Positions 23,746 through 49,709 of a stretch of DNA of 64,000 nucleotides are shown in pieces. The stretch spans positions 2,110,001-2,174,000 of the forward strand of contig NC_058369.1 in the NCBI RefSeq assembly GCF_018350175.1. The letters are read 5' to 3'. How positions within the stretch are numbered: the first letter of the stretch is position 1; every line of letters starts with the position of its first letter. The DNA is from Felis catus. Taxonomy: Eukaryota. Both the position numbers and the translations under genes were made by a program. The notes below the pieces were generated by a model. That model worked only from the letters and a program-made list of their open reading frames with translations, was not told where the DNA came from and did no database searches.

Positions 23746-24946
23746 AAAGTTTCTGGCGGCGAAGCTTTAGAAAATCTTATGTGTGTGTGCTCAGACACTT
23801 CTGACCTAGTCTATGAGGCCAGTTAGTCCCCATACCAAAACCAGTCGTATGTAAAAAGGATTCTACAACTTGACCAAGTGGGATTTATCTGGGAATAAAA
23901 TGGTTGGTTCAGCAAGAAAATAGCAGTCATCAACCTTATGAACATAAATAATAGAAACAAACCCCCATGATCATGTCAACAGACAGAAAAGACATCTGAC
24001 TAAACCCACCACCCTTTCTGGCAAAAATACTGAGCCAATCAAGAACAGAAGGAACTTCCTCACCCAGGTAAGGGGCAGCTAGGAAAAGTCCACACCTAAC
24101 ATTTCAGCAGACACTTCTACAAACAAGATATGCAAATGGTCAATAGATTCATTAAAAGATGCTAGACAGTCATCAGGGAAACGCTCATCAAACTACAAGC
24201 AGAGACCCATTCACTAGGATGGTCACAAAGACGGTTTTCTTTTTAAGGTTAACATTACTTAGTGATCACAAGTGGACCCAGGGAAGACCCAAACCACTTC
24301 GAGCTCATGAGCAAACAGGTGCAGGTCTCACAGAGCCCATTGAGCTCATGGTTTCTCACAACCTGAAATGGAATGTAAGTTTTGTCCTGGGATCACAGCC
24401 ACACTCTGTGACTATGCTGTCCAGAGTTATTTCAGATCTGTTTTATGGGTTTGTTCTTTCTGAGACAACTCATTTGGCTTTTATTCTGACTACCTTTCAG
24501 AACCGGACTGTTCCCCTTGGAACTGTGCCTGATGGAAATGCACTCGACTTCAGTCTGATTTCTTCTGCAAAGAGGCTACTCCTGTAGAAACCAGTGTTAA
24601 GAAATTTTTATTTTGTTTAGAGAAAACAACCAAGAAATGGATTTCAGTCATCAAAGCACTGTGCAGGGACCCCCAACCGCGACCCTGGACAGTTTTAGGT
24701 TTGGAAACCAAGGTCTCTCCTAATGTGTATTTCTAGCAAAATGAACCAACATAGCCAAAGATAATTTAGAACTACAACGTCTTTTATGGGGAATATCCAA
24801 TCTCCCCAAACTTGTTTTATTGAAAATTACATTAGAAAGTCATAATTCTGAAGCACTGTATTTGATACACATTTTAATGGGTACATGTACATACTTCCAA
24901 ATTGTTTCAGGAATCTAAGTGTGCCTCTTTACAAAAGACTGTTTCG

Positions 24947-25365
24947 TTAATTTTTTTTTAAATTCTAGTTGGTTAACATACAGTACAATATTAATTTCAG
25001 GAGTAGAATTCAGTGATTCCTCACTTACATACAACACCCAGTGCTCCTCACAAGTGTCCTCCATAAGAACCATCACCCACGTAGCCCATTCCCCACCCAC
25101 CTCCCTCCATCAACCCTCGGTTTGTTCTCTAGAGTGAAGTGTCTCTTATGGTTTGTTTCCCTCTCTGTCTTCCCCACCTTCCCATATATTCATCTGCTTT
25201 GGTTCTTAAAAACCGCATGAGTGAAATCATGGTATTTGTCTTCCTCTGACTATTTTGCTTAGCATAATACATCTAGCTCCATCCACGTCACTGCAAATGG
25301 CAAGATTTCATTCTGTTTGATGACTGAGTAATATTCCATTGTATGTATCTACATCTTTTTTTTTT

Positions 25366-25418
<53 letters not shown>

Positions 25419-28400
25419 AAACAGGGGAGGGGCAGAGAGAGAGGGAGACAGAGAATCCCAAGCAGGTTCTGCACTGTCAGCACAGAGCCCAATACAGTGC
25501 TTGAACTCATGAACTGTAAGATCATGACCTGAGCCCAAACCAAGACTCAGACACTTAACCAACAAAGCCTCCAGGTGCCTCTATACTACATCTTCTTAAT
25601 CCATTCATCAGTCAGTTCACACTAGGGCTCTCTCCATAGTTCGGCTATTGTTGATTATGCTGCTATAAACATTGAGGTGCATGTGCTTCTATGAATCTGT
25701 ACTTTTGTATCCGTTGGATAAATACACTTTATGGATTGAAGGGTAGTTCCATTTTTAGCTTTTTGAGGAACCTCCATACTGTTTTCCAGGATGGCTGCAT
25801 CAATTTGCATTCCCAACAGTGCAGGAGGGCTCCCCTTTCCCGGCATCCTCGCCAACACTTGTTGTTTCTTGTGTTGATAATTTTAGCTATTCTGATGGGT
25901 ATGAGATGGTTTCTCATCGTGGTTTTTTAATTTTTTTAAAATGTTTATTTATTCCTGAGAGAGACAGAGTGCAAGCGGAAGAGGCAGAGAGAGAGACACA
26001 TACACAATCCAAAGCAGGTTCCAGGCTCTGGGCTCCAAGCTGTCAGCCTGTAGCTTGACTCAGGACTCAAACTCATGAACTGTGAGATGGTGACCTGAGC
26101 TGAATTTGGATGCTTAAACAACTGAGCCACCCAGGAGCCACTTTCACTGAGGTTTTGATTTGTATTTCCCTGATGATGAATGATGTTGAGCATCTCTTTA
26201 TGTGTCTGATAGCTATCCATACATCTTCTTTGGAAAAAATGTCTGTTAATGTTTTCTGTCCATTTCTTAAGTGGGTTACTTGGGATTTTTGTGTGCTGAG
26301 TTAGCTATGTTCTTATAGATTTTGGATACTAACCCTTTATCAGATATGTTGCTGGCAAATCTCTTCTCCCATTCCCTAAGCTGTCTTTTAGTTTTGTTGT
26401 TTGTTTCCTTCACTGTGCCGTAGCTTTTTATCTTGATGATGTCCCAGAAGTTCATGTTTGCTTTTGTTTCCCTTGCCCCCACCAACATGAAGCTGCTACG
26501 GCTGAGGTCAAAGAGGTTGCTACCTCTGTTCTCCCCCTGGATTTTGATGGTTTCCTGTCTCACATTTAGGTCTTTCCTCTATTTTGAATTTATTTTTGTG
26601 TATGGTGTTAGAAAGTGACCCATTTTCATTCTTTTGCAGGTTGCTCTCTGGCTTTGCCAACACCATTTGTTGAAGAAACTGTCTTTTCACGTTGGATAGT
26701 GTTCCCTGCTTTATCAAAGATTAGTTAACCATAGAGTGGCGGGTCCATTTCTGGATTTTCTATTCTCTTCCATTGATCTAAGTGCCTATTTTTGTGCCAG
26801 TACCATACCATTTTGATGACTATAGCTTTATAACATAGCTTGAAGTCTGGAATTGCGATACCTCCACCATTGCTTTTCCTTTTCAGGATTGTTTTGGCTA
26901 TTCAGGGTCTTTTGTGGTTCTATACAAATTTTAGGATTATTTGCTCTTTCTCTATGAAAAATGCTGATGGTATTTTGATAGGAACTGCATTAATGTGCAG
27001 ATTGCTTTGCGTAGTGTCAACATTTTCACAATGTTTGTTCTTCCAATCCATGAGCATGGTATGTTTTCCCATTTCTTTCTGTCCTTTTCCATTTCTTTTA
27101 CAATTTTTCTGTAGTTTTCAGAGTATGATCTTTTACCTCTTTGGTTAGTATTCCTAGGTATCTTAGTGTTTTGGTGCAATTGTAAATGGGAGAGATTCCT
27201 TGATTTCTTTTTCTGCTGTTACATTAGTGGTGTAGAGAAATACAAGAGACTTCTGTACATTTTTTATATCCTGTGACTTTGCTGAATACATATATTCTTA
27301 TATTTTTGGCATTCTTTCAGGTTTCTACATAGATTATCATGTCATGGACAAATGGTGAAAGTTTGAATTCTTTGCTGATTTGGATGCCTTTTATCTCTTT
27401 TTGTTGTCTGATAGTTGAGGCTAAGACTTCCAGAACTAGGTTAAAGAGTAACGGCGAGAATGAACATCCTTGTCTTCACCCTGACCATAGACATAAATCT
27501 CTCTGTTTTTCCCACATGAGATGATATTAGCTGTGGGTCTTTTATAAATAGCTTTTATGATGTGAAGTATGTTCCATCTATACCTACTTTGTCGATGGTT
27601 TTTATCAAGAATGAATGCTATATTTTGTCAAATGCATCTACTGATAGGATCATATGGTTCTTATCCTTTCTTTTATTAATGTAGTGTATCAGATAGGTTG
27701 ATTTGAAGATATTGAACCATCCCAGCAGCCCAGGAATAAATCCCACTTGGTCATGGTAAATAATTCCTTAATGTACTGTTGTATTCAATTTGCTAGCATC
27801 TTGTTGAGGAATTTTGCTTCCATGTTCATCAGGGATATTAGCCTGTCATTCTCCTTTCTAGTGGGGTCTTTGGCTTTGGAATCAAGGTAATGCTGACCTC
27901 ATAGGATGAGTTTGGAAGTTTTCCTTCCATTTCTATGTTTTGGAACAGTTTGAAAAGAATAGGCATTAACTTTTCTTTAAATAGCTGCTAGAATTCCCCT
28001 GGGACTCCACCTGGCTCTGGACATTTGTTTCTTTTGTTTGACCTTTTAAAATTTATTTGAGAGACACTATGTGACAGCATGAATGAGGGACTGGCAGAGA
28101 GAGAGAGAGGGAAACAGAGAATCCCAAGAAAGTACCACACTGGCAGCACAGAGCCCCACATGGGACTTGAACACACAAAACCATGAGATCATGACCCGAG
28201 CCAAAACCAAGAGTCAGATGCTTAACTGACTGAGCCACCAGGTCCCCCAGTTTGGAGATTTTTTTATTACTAGTTCAATTACTAGTAATGGGTCTATTTC
28301 TTCCTGTTTCAGTTTTGGTAGTTTATATGTTTCTAGGAATTTGTTCATTTCTTCCAGGTTGTCCAGTTTGTTGGCATATACATTTTCATAGTATTGTTAT

Positions 28401-31000
28401 AATTGTTTGTATTTCTGTAGTGTTAGTTATAATCTCTTTTATTCGTGATTTTACTTATTTAGGTCTTTTCCCTTTTTGTTTTGATAAGTCTGGCTAGGGG
28501 CTTATCAATTTCATTAACTCTTTCAAAGAACCAGCTCTTAGTCTCATTGATGTTCAATTCTTTGTTGTTGCTTCTATATCATTTATTTCTCCTCTGATCT
28601 TTATTATTTCCCATCTTGTATCAGCATTAGGCTTTATTTACTGTTCCTGTTCTAGCACATTTAGGCATAAGGTTAGGTTGTGTATTTGAGGCTTTTCTTG
28701 ATTCTTGAGATAGCCCTGTATTGCACTATAATTTCCTGTTAGGCCCGCTTTTGCTGCATCCCAAGTGTTTTGGACTACCGTGTTTTCATTTTCATTTGCT
28801 TGCATGTAATTTTTTATTTCTTCTTTAATTTCCTGGTTAACCCATTCATTCTTTAGTAGGATGTTCTTTAATCTCCATGTATTTGTGGCCTTACCAAAAT
28901 GTTTTTCTGGTTGACTTCAAGTTTCATAGCGTTGACAATTTTTTTGTACTTCTTGACGGCTTATTTGTGATCTACCCTGGAATGTTCCATGTGTACTTGA
29001 GAAGAACGTGTATTCTGCTGCATTAGGATGAAAGGTTCTGAATATTTCTGTTAAGTCCATCCAGTCCGGTGTGTCAAGCCACTGTTTCCTTGTTCATTGT
29101 CTCTTATATAATCTGCCCATTGCTACTTGTGGGTAAAATCCCCTACCATTATTATATTATTATCAATGAGTGCCTTTAAAATTTTTTTTAATGTTTGTTT
29201 ATTTTTGAGAGACAGAGAGAGAGACAGAGTGCAAGCAGGGGAGGAGCAGAGAGAGAGGGAGACACAATCCAAAGCAGGCTCCGGGCTCTGAGCTGTCAGC
29301 ATGGAGCCCAATGCAAGGCTCAAACTCACAAATCGTGAGATCATGACCTGAGCCAAAGTCAGACACTTAGCTGACTGAGCCACCCAGATGCCCCTTAATG
29401 AGTTTACTACAAACAACTAATTTGCTACTAATTGTTTTCTATCTCTGGCTGCTTTCAAGTTGCAGGCATTGATGGATAAGCCCCTTAATTATGATGTAAT
29501 GCACTTATTCATCTGTTGTTCTAGTTTTTTGGTTGAAAATCCAGTTTCTCTAGGCTTCCTGGGCAGCTCACTCAGTTAAGCATTCAACTTCAGCTCAGGT
29601 CATGATCTCGCAGTTCATGAGTTTGAGTACTACATTTGGCACCGCACTGGCAGTGTGGAGTCTGCTTAGGATTCTCTCTCCCTCTCTCTGTCCCTCCCCT
29701 GCTTGCTCTCTCTCTCTCTGACAAAATGAATAAAAATAAAATTTTAAAAATAAAATCTATGTTGCCTGCTATAAGCATGTATATAAGTCCTTGGATATAT
29801 AGGTATTTAAGTATGCTACAGTTTTCTTTTGATGTGCATTAGCAAGATACATGGTTCTGCATTTCCTCACTTGCAAGCATGTGCCTTTCTGTCTGCAAGT
29901 CTCTTGTAGGCATCATATAGATAGGTCTTCTCTTTTATGCATGGATACGCTATGTCTTTTGATTGGAACATTTAGTCCATTTACATTCAGAGTGATTATT
30001 AAAAGATATGAAGTTAGTGCTATTGTGTTTCCTGCAAAGTTGGTGTTTCTGGTGACGTTTTCTGTTTATTTCTAGTCTTTGTTGCTTTTGGTCTTTTTTC
30101 CCCCAAAGAGTCCCCTTTAATATTTCTTGCAGGGCTGGTTTAGTGGACACAAAATCCTTTAGTTTTTGGTTGTCTGGGGACATCTTTATCTCTCCTTCTA
30201 TTCTGAATGATAGCATTGCTGGATAAAGTATCCTTGGCTGCATTTTTTCCCATTCAGGATGTTTAATATATCAAGCCACTCCCTGGTGGGCTGCCAAGTT
30301 TCTGTGGACAGACCTGCTTTGAACCTGATCTGTCTTCCCTTGTACGTTAAGGACTTTTTCCCCCCTTGCTGCTTTCAGGATTCTTTCCTCGTCTGTGTAT
30401 TTTGTGAATTTGACTATGATATGTCTTGGTGATGGCTTCCTTTTGTTGAATTTAATGGGTGTTCTCTGCGTTTCTTTCATTTTGAGGTCTGTTTTTTCTT
30501 CACCAGATTAGGCAAACTTTTTAGCTGTAATTTGCTCAAATAACTGTTCTGCCCCTTCTTCCGTCACTTCATCTTCTGGGACTTCCCTGACAGGAATATT
30601 ATTATGCTTTAAGGACTTGCTTAGTTCCCTAAGTGTTCATTTGTGATTCAATACCTATCTTACTCTCTTCCTTTCGGCTTCATTACTTACCATAATTTTG
30701 TCTTCTATATCACTGATTCATCCCTCTGCTTCATCCATCCTTACTGTCATGGATCTCAACTAGTTTCCATCTCTAATAGAGCATTTTTTATTTCAGTCTG
30801 ACTTGTTTTTAGTCCTTTCATCTCTGCAATGAGGGATTCTATAGTGTCTTCTAGACTTATAATTGTTGTTTTAAATTCTAGTTCAGACATCTTACTTGTA
30901 TTTGTGCTGAATAAATCCCTTGTGATGATTTCTTCCTGTTCTTTCTTTTGAGTTGAATTCCTGTCTTGTCATTTTGGAGGTCAAAAACAAAAAAAAAAAA
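24947..31000 (-). mobile_element. Near full-length decayed LINE-1 (ORF1 and ORF2) with nested SINEs
   Basis: T-rich tail near 24950; ORF2 fragments; ORF1 fragments (PRHIIVKF, QPRILYPAMLSF). Confidence 0.93.
25354..29755. mobile_element. Can-SINEs nested in L1: 25354-25580 -, 25925-26140 -, 28045-28248 -, 29175-29394 -, 29553-29755 +
   Basis: Head and tail motifs; (GA)n expansion at 25369-25414. Confidence 0.88.
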
Positions 31001-31369
31001 AAAAGGAAGCTAAATCCTAGATGTATCTTGGTCTAACTAGAACAACTGGCATTAACACACAGACAAAACCCTGATGGACAAAAGGGACTACAGAGACAGG
31101 CACCCCTGGTTCACAAGTGGATGTACACCCAGCAGTCATCACAGGGCAGCAGCAGAAATGGGGACATTTCGACAAATGGTCCAGGGAAAACTGGTTATCT
31201 AAGGGAAGAAAGGACTCATTTCTCTCATCAACTTCATGGACATTAACCAAGTCATGTGGATTTAACTGTCATGGAAACAAATAGAACACACAGAAAGGAA
31301 CTTCCAGCATGTGTAATTATGATCTGAGTGATGGTGGAGTTTTCTCACAGAACAACAGAAGGTAATCTA

Positions 31370-31590
31370 GAGGTACCTGAGTAGCTTTGTCAATTAAGTG
31401 TCCAACATAGACTAAGGTCATGACCTCAGGGTTCGTGAGTTTGAGCCCCACATCACTTTCTACTGTTAGCACAGAGCTACTTTGGATTCTCTGCCCCCCC
31501 CCCCCCCTCTGTCCATCTCTGGTGTTGGCGTGTACAAGGGCATGCACATGTTCTCTCTCTCCCTCTAAAATAAATAAATATTTTAAAAAG
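31370..31590 (+). mobile_element. Can-SINE shared with 62959-63180
   Basis: Same flanks and body in both duplicates; absent near 44440. Confidence 0.85.
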
Positions 31591-34081
31591 GAGGTACTCT
31601 ACACAGGAATAGTTGGGGAATTTCAAGTCTACTAACAATGTGAAAGGCCCATCCACACAGACAACAGAGAGAAATCATACACCCTGACCTGGAGAAAACA
31701 TTTTCAACACATAGAAATGAAATAGCATCAGTGTCCACAGGACGTGAAGGAAACAGAAGACATCAGGAAGCAGACACGTGAGTTACAGGTGACAACACAT
31801 TGTAAATGCTTCCACAGAAGAGGGAACCCCACACATAAGAAATGCTGAGCCACAGGGGAATTAGAAAAATAAATGTGTGCTATCAAGGAGACCCCGTGTC
31901 ACATAGTTCAGCTGGAGAAAATAAAGCCAGTTAACACCCATTGCCACAAGTGAAAGGAATCAGCACTGATGTGTGATTCACACACTGCATTCACATTTCT
32001 TCATAAATTTTAACTTTCCCTCAATCTACAATATGCCATTACCACAATGTGTAAAAATTACATGCATTTACTTTTGGAGACACAAAACCACTAAGCAGGA
32101 CTGCCAACAAAAGCAAAAGATGAACTTGAGACCTGTATTGAGCAATTGAGCACCCTGGGTCATTTCAAGGACATAAAGACCTCATCCCAACATATGAAGA
32201 AAAACATGCAGAATCACTGCTTCTCCCTGTGTTCAAGATAAAAGAAAGAAGGTAAATTCTCAGGCATGTTATGGTTTAAAAAAAAAAAAGGAAACCATGC
32301 TTTTCAGAACTTACTTTTTAATTTTATCCACATGATAGCAATTTGGAAGACAGACTGAATACATCCCACTTCACAGAATTTGCATGTATCTCCGACCACC
32401 AGCAATGAACAGGAAGTGGGTTGTGATCACAGTTTTTTAACTCCACTCTGCATGGAACAGTCACTAGCATTTGGTTCAATCCTTTTAATCCATGACTACA
32501 CCCACCTGGCATGAAGGTGTGGAAATCCATGCATTTTTTGTTCTGAGACACTTTTCCCCAGTGAACATTCTCTGGATAAGTCTCAGAGTAACCTGAGTCA
32601 GTAAGAACAGGAAAGACCTGACACATTTACTACCCTCTGCCCTGAAGGGGAAGAAAGGAGGCAGAAAGAATTCAGTAACTTTATGCCTGCTAAACATGAG
32701 GCTGGCATAAAAGAAAGCCATCAGTGCTTAGACAGGGACTGTGCTACTCACAGGTGACAGGTGACGTGCAGACGCCTACCTGAGCCCTGTTCTCCCTGGA
32801 AAACCTCAGTGGAAGGGAAAGGCACTCCCTCCCCCACCCTGTTTGGGTCTGGAAAACAGCAGGATGTACGAGGGCCCCTCCCCCATCAGACCAGGAGAAG
32901 ACTCACAGGAAGTCCCCCTGTTCACCCATGATAGGACCAGGTGTAGACCTCCCAAGTCCACACATTGTGGCTCATCCATGATTAGCTCAGCTGTTCGTCC
33001 CACTGAACAGGGGCACAAAAGCTTGCTAGTCCCACTTTGGTTTGGCTTTTCTCCTTCCTCCAGACCCTTAACATGGGCTTGCTCTCAGACTGAGCCACAC
33101 ACAGCCCCTCCTGGGGGACAGAAGGACAGGCTGGCCTCAGGGAACCACCATGTCAGCACCACACCTTCTTATGCCCGGTTTGTTTACTCCTTTCCTGCCT
33201 TCAGACACCTGCAGGTCTTATGATCACCGTGTTCTCCCCACTGATGTAGTCACTGCCTCTAATACAACAGCAACTCTGCTCCCACTACACGGCCCCTGCC
33301 CCCAGTGCAACAGTGCCTATCTCCCCACCCAGGCTATGCAATCATTCTGCTCAATACAGGACTCTCCTTACTCAATTCGGATTCTTCATTTGACACTGCC
33401 CAACAACACCCCTTTCCTACCCAAACGTTACCCAGGCCACTGTCCTCTCCACAGGCCCCTGAACTGTGGGTGGCCCACACTCTGAGCATCCATGAGCTGA
33501 GGAACAAGGCCATGGGGAACTGAGCCAACAAATCTGTCCTTCACCACAGGGGCTGGACCCGGACAGTGGGCTTTCTTGCTCCATCTCTGTCACACAAAAA
33601 AGCAAAGCCTGGTTCCATTTCACTGAAGATGCTGGAGGATATCTGAGACTGCACCTGGTTCTTGTTAGCACTTTGCACTAAAGTGTCCTCAGCCTAGTTC
33701 GATTTGAGTTTACCTACCGGGACCATGGTGAGCCCCCTGATCTCCATTCCAAGATTTACTACCCCTGGATGTGGCGGTCCTCCCTCCTTTCACCAGGTAG
33801 GATTCAGCTGATCACAGGGAAACCCGGAGACAGGAATTTGACAGGAAGATGGACACCCATCCCCAACCCACAACACACTTTACCTCCTGGGGGAAAGAGG
33901 AAAGAACCCCACTTGTATTTCCACTCCAGTCACTGCTCATGGAAACAAAAAGGCAAAACTGAGTCATGGTCCAAAGGGATGTCCTTCAAAGTCATAATTT
34001 GCAACAAAATCAACCAAAGACACCAATAATTAGTCCCAGTAAAGCTAAACCAATATCATAATTTTAAACTTCATGAAAAAT

Positions 34082-34243
34082 GGGTACCTGGATGGCTCAG
34101 ATGGTTAAGTGTCTGACTTGGGTCAGATCAAGATCTCACAGTTCATAGATTTGAGTCCTGCATTGGATTCTGTGCTGTCAGCTTAGAGCCTGGAGCCTGC
34201 TTTGGATTCTGGGTCTCCCACTCTTTCTGCCTCTCCCCCACTT

Positions 34244-34293
<50 letters not shown>

Positions 34294-34611
34294 AAATAAA
34301 CATTAAAAAAAATATTTTTAAACTGAAGAAAAAGAGAAGTGATGTGAAAATGTATCTTTCATTAATAAAGACTGAAAAAGGGGCGCCTGGGTGGCGCAGT
34401 CGGTTAAGCGTCCGACTTCAGCCAGGTCACGATCTCGCGGTCTGTGAGTTCGAGCCCCGCGTCGGGCTCTGGGCTGATGGCTCAGAGCCTGGAGCCTGTT
34501 TCCGATTCTGTGTCTCCCTCTCTCTCTGCCCCTCCCCCGTTCATGCTCTGTCTCTCTCTGTCCCAAAAATAAAATAAACGTTGAAAAAAAAATTTAAAAA
34601 AAAAATAAATA
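34082..34611 (+). mobile_element. Can-SINEs 34082-34322 and young 34380-34611
   Basis: The second has TSD aataaagactgaaaa. Confidence 0.92.
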
Positions 34612-35049
34612 AATAAAGACTGAAAAGAAGAACAGACACAAAACCAGGTTATTCTGGTATCACAACAGAGGACAGAAAATAACTTTCAACAATGAGGGGT
34701 CTCATGTCATGATAATTTAACAGGAACTTTTTGGAATGTATAATTCAAGATATTTTTTTGTAGAAGTATATAAAGTTGTATGTACACACCAACAACAGAC
34801 ACCTTTTTATCACCTCCAGTCCAAAAGACATTGTAATGGGAAAGAGACATGTGGTACATAACCGTGTGATTACTTCAAGTCTGAGGTAACAACATCTAGG
34901 TCACACAGATGTAGAGGACAAAGAAGGCCACCTAAAACCATCAGTGTTCATATCAGTGACACGAACTAGGAATTCACACACTTAGGGTCCCAATCAAGGA
35001 AGAGGCACCTGGAAACTCAAAACCATAATCACAACAATGAAAATATTTC

Positions 35050-35905
35050 TCTCCCACCTGAATTTTCATGAACAAAATACATGAAGTTCTATACCTGAAG
35101 TTTTCCCAAAATTGTGTCCATTCAGGATCATCTCCATTGTACTGGCTCGCATTTTCAATAAGAATTTAAAGGAGGGTAAATGCTATGCCACAGTGTGTCT
35201 GTGCTCACAGATTCCTGGGATACCTGAAGGCTTTTCCATGGTGCTTAAGTTTATGTGTGTCCTTGAAGGGAAGAGGGACAACTGAAGGCTTTCCCACAGA
35301 GCAGTCATTCGTAAGGTTCTGCCCATTGAGGGTCATCACATGTACATGCAGGTCTCTGGGACACTCGAAGGTCTTACCAGAGTCCTTACATACAAAGGCT
35401 TACTGTCCACTGTGCAGCCTGGTGTGTTCTTGAAGGGATCGGTGATTTGTCAAGATCTCTCCCCAGGGTGTTTCTTCATATGCACTTGAGGAGATGAGAA
35501 GAACTTGTATGCCTTCCCACACCTCTTGCATTCATAGGGTTTAGTTGCACTGTGTGTTTTCAAATGACCTTGAACATTTTGCAGCTAACTGACAACTTTC
35601 CCACACTCTATATACTCAAAAGGTCTCTCCCCAACATGTGTCCGTATGTGTACTTCCATAGTGATGGGCACCTGAAGGTATTCCCACACTGCTGACACTC
35701 ATAGGATCTCTCCCAAGCATGTGTCCTCATATGTGCTCCCAAGTTTCAAGGAGATGTGAAGGCTTTCCCACAGTGTTGACATTTACAGGGTCTTTCCCCA
35801 GTGTGTGTCTGCATATGTATCCATAGATCAGTGTGATACATGAAGGCTCTGATACATTCCTGACATTAATAGGGTTTCACTACCTTGTGTGTGGTCCTGT
35901 AATGT
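35050..35905 (-). pseudogene. Decayed zinc-finger repeats in the presumed 3' UTR
   Basis: Out-of-frame or stop-containing fingers continue past the stop (e.g. [39 protein letters not shown]); roughly 10 units. Confidence 0.85.
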
Positions 35906-48461
<12,556 letters not shown>

Positions 48462-49709
48462 GTCGGGGTCCCCGCTCCGCGCCCTCGGGGCGTCCTCCTG
48501 CGCCGCGCACACCCGCAACCTCGGCAGCGCAGGATCCCACTGCAACAGCCGCCCCGGCTGAGAGCCACACCCACCCGGCTCTCGCTCGGGCCTGATTGGA
48601 TGGTGTACAAGCCCCGGCTCCTGATTGGGCGATCCTTCAGTCCCTGCGATCTGATTGGATGGGTTCCGAAGATAATCCCCCACAACCCAATTGGACGTTA
48701 CCAAGCCACCTCGCTTCCTCACCGTGATAGGACAGCCTTCGGCCCTTCCCGTTCTGATTGGAGGGTAGTCCTGGCACCGCCCCTATGACCACAAATTGGG
48801 CAGATCCCCCCAGGCCCCGCCTCCTAGCCCCTGAGTGACAGGCTGGCGGTACACACGTGTCCGATCCCTCTTTGGGGAGGTCTCACTCAAGCAGAATGCG
48901 CTCCAGGTGGCCTGAGACGCCTGCCTCCTATTCCCTCCCGAGAATCCGACTCACTTCCTCTGCGGAGCCTCCCTAGTCCAGCGGCGGATGGGACGCGACA
49001 AACAAAAGGGCCTGGTGACGCTTGTGTTTCTGGTCCACATCCGATGATGGTGCACCTGTCCGCTGTGTTTAAGACAGCTCAGTGACGCGGAGCCTGGGTG
49101 GCTCAGAGCCTGCAGCCTGCCTGGGATTGTGTGTGTGTCTCTCTCACTGCCCACCCCCACCCCCACCCCCCCCCGCTTGTGCTCTGCCTCTGTCTCTCAA
49201 AAATAAAAGAATATTTAAAAAATTAAAATAAAAGAGACAGAAGAAAGCTCACTGATCTGTGACCTCACCTAGGGGGAGATAGGTCTCCCAGGGTTTTGAC
49301 CTGGCCCTTTGAAAGCGAGGCCCCGCCCTCTGAATCAACATCCACTTCTCAGGCCTCAGGGCAATCAAACCTGCCCTGGCGCCTCAGCCAGCAAGGGACA
49401 CGGGACCCGGTGGTCCCAGCGGCCCACAGCCACAGGTGTGACACGTTACAACACTCAGGTGTGCGTTATATTCTGCAAGGAAAGTCACGGCAGATGCAGT
49501 TTGTAAACAGACCCTGTAAATGAGAAATGTAAAAGCTCAATTTCCTTCTTCAGGTGGGTATCGATGTGGGACAGTTATGAGAACATACAAAAAAAAAGAA
49601 AGAAAAAAGAACACTGAGTTTTAGTCTTACAAGTGTGAGCCCTATGGGATGCGAATTATATCTCCATTTTCCTAAACAAATTTAAAGACTACAATAGCCA
49701 GGAAATCAT

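Larger units (their letters stand above)
23790..32437 (+). repeat. Segmental duplication, copy 1 (copy 2: 56085-64000)
   Basis: Colinear direct repeat with shared L1, ERV and SINE junctions; offset about 32 kb. Confidence 0.95.

Noticed and set aside
24159..24587. 142-aa ORF repeated at 56447-56875
   Set aside because: Spans an L1/ERV junction inside a high-identity duplication and has no recognisable domain; similarity is explained by duplication or conversion.
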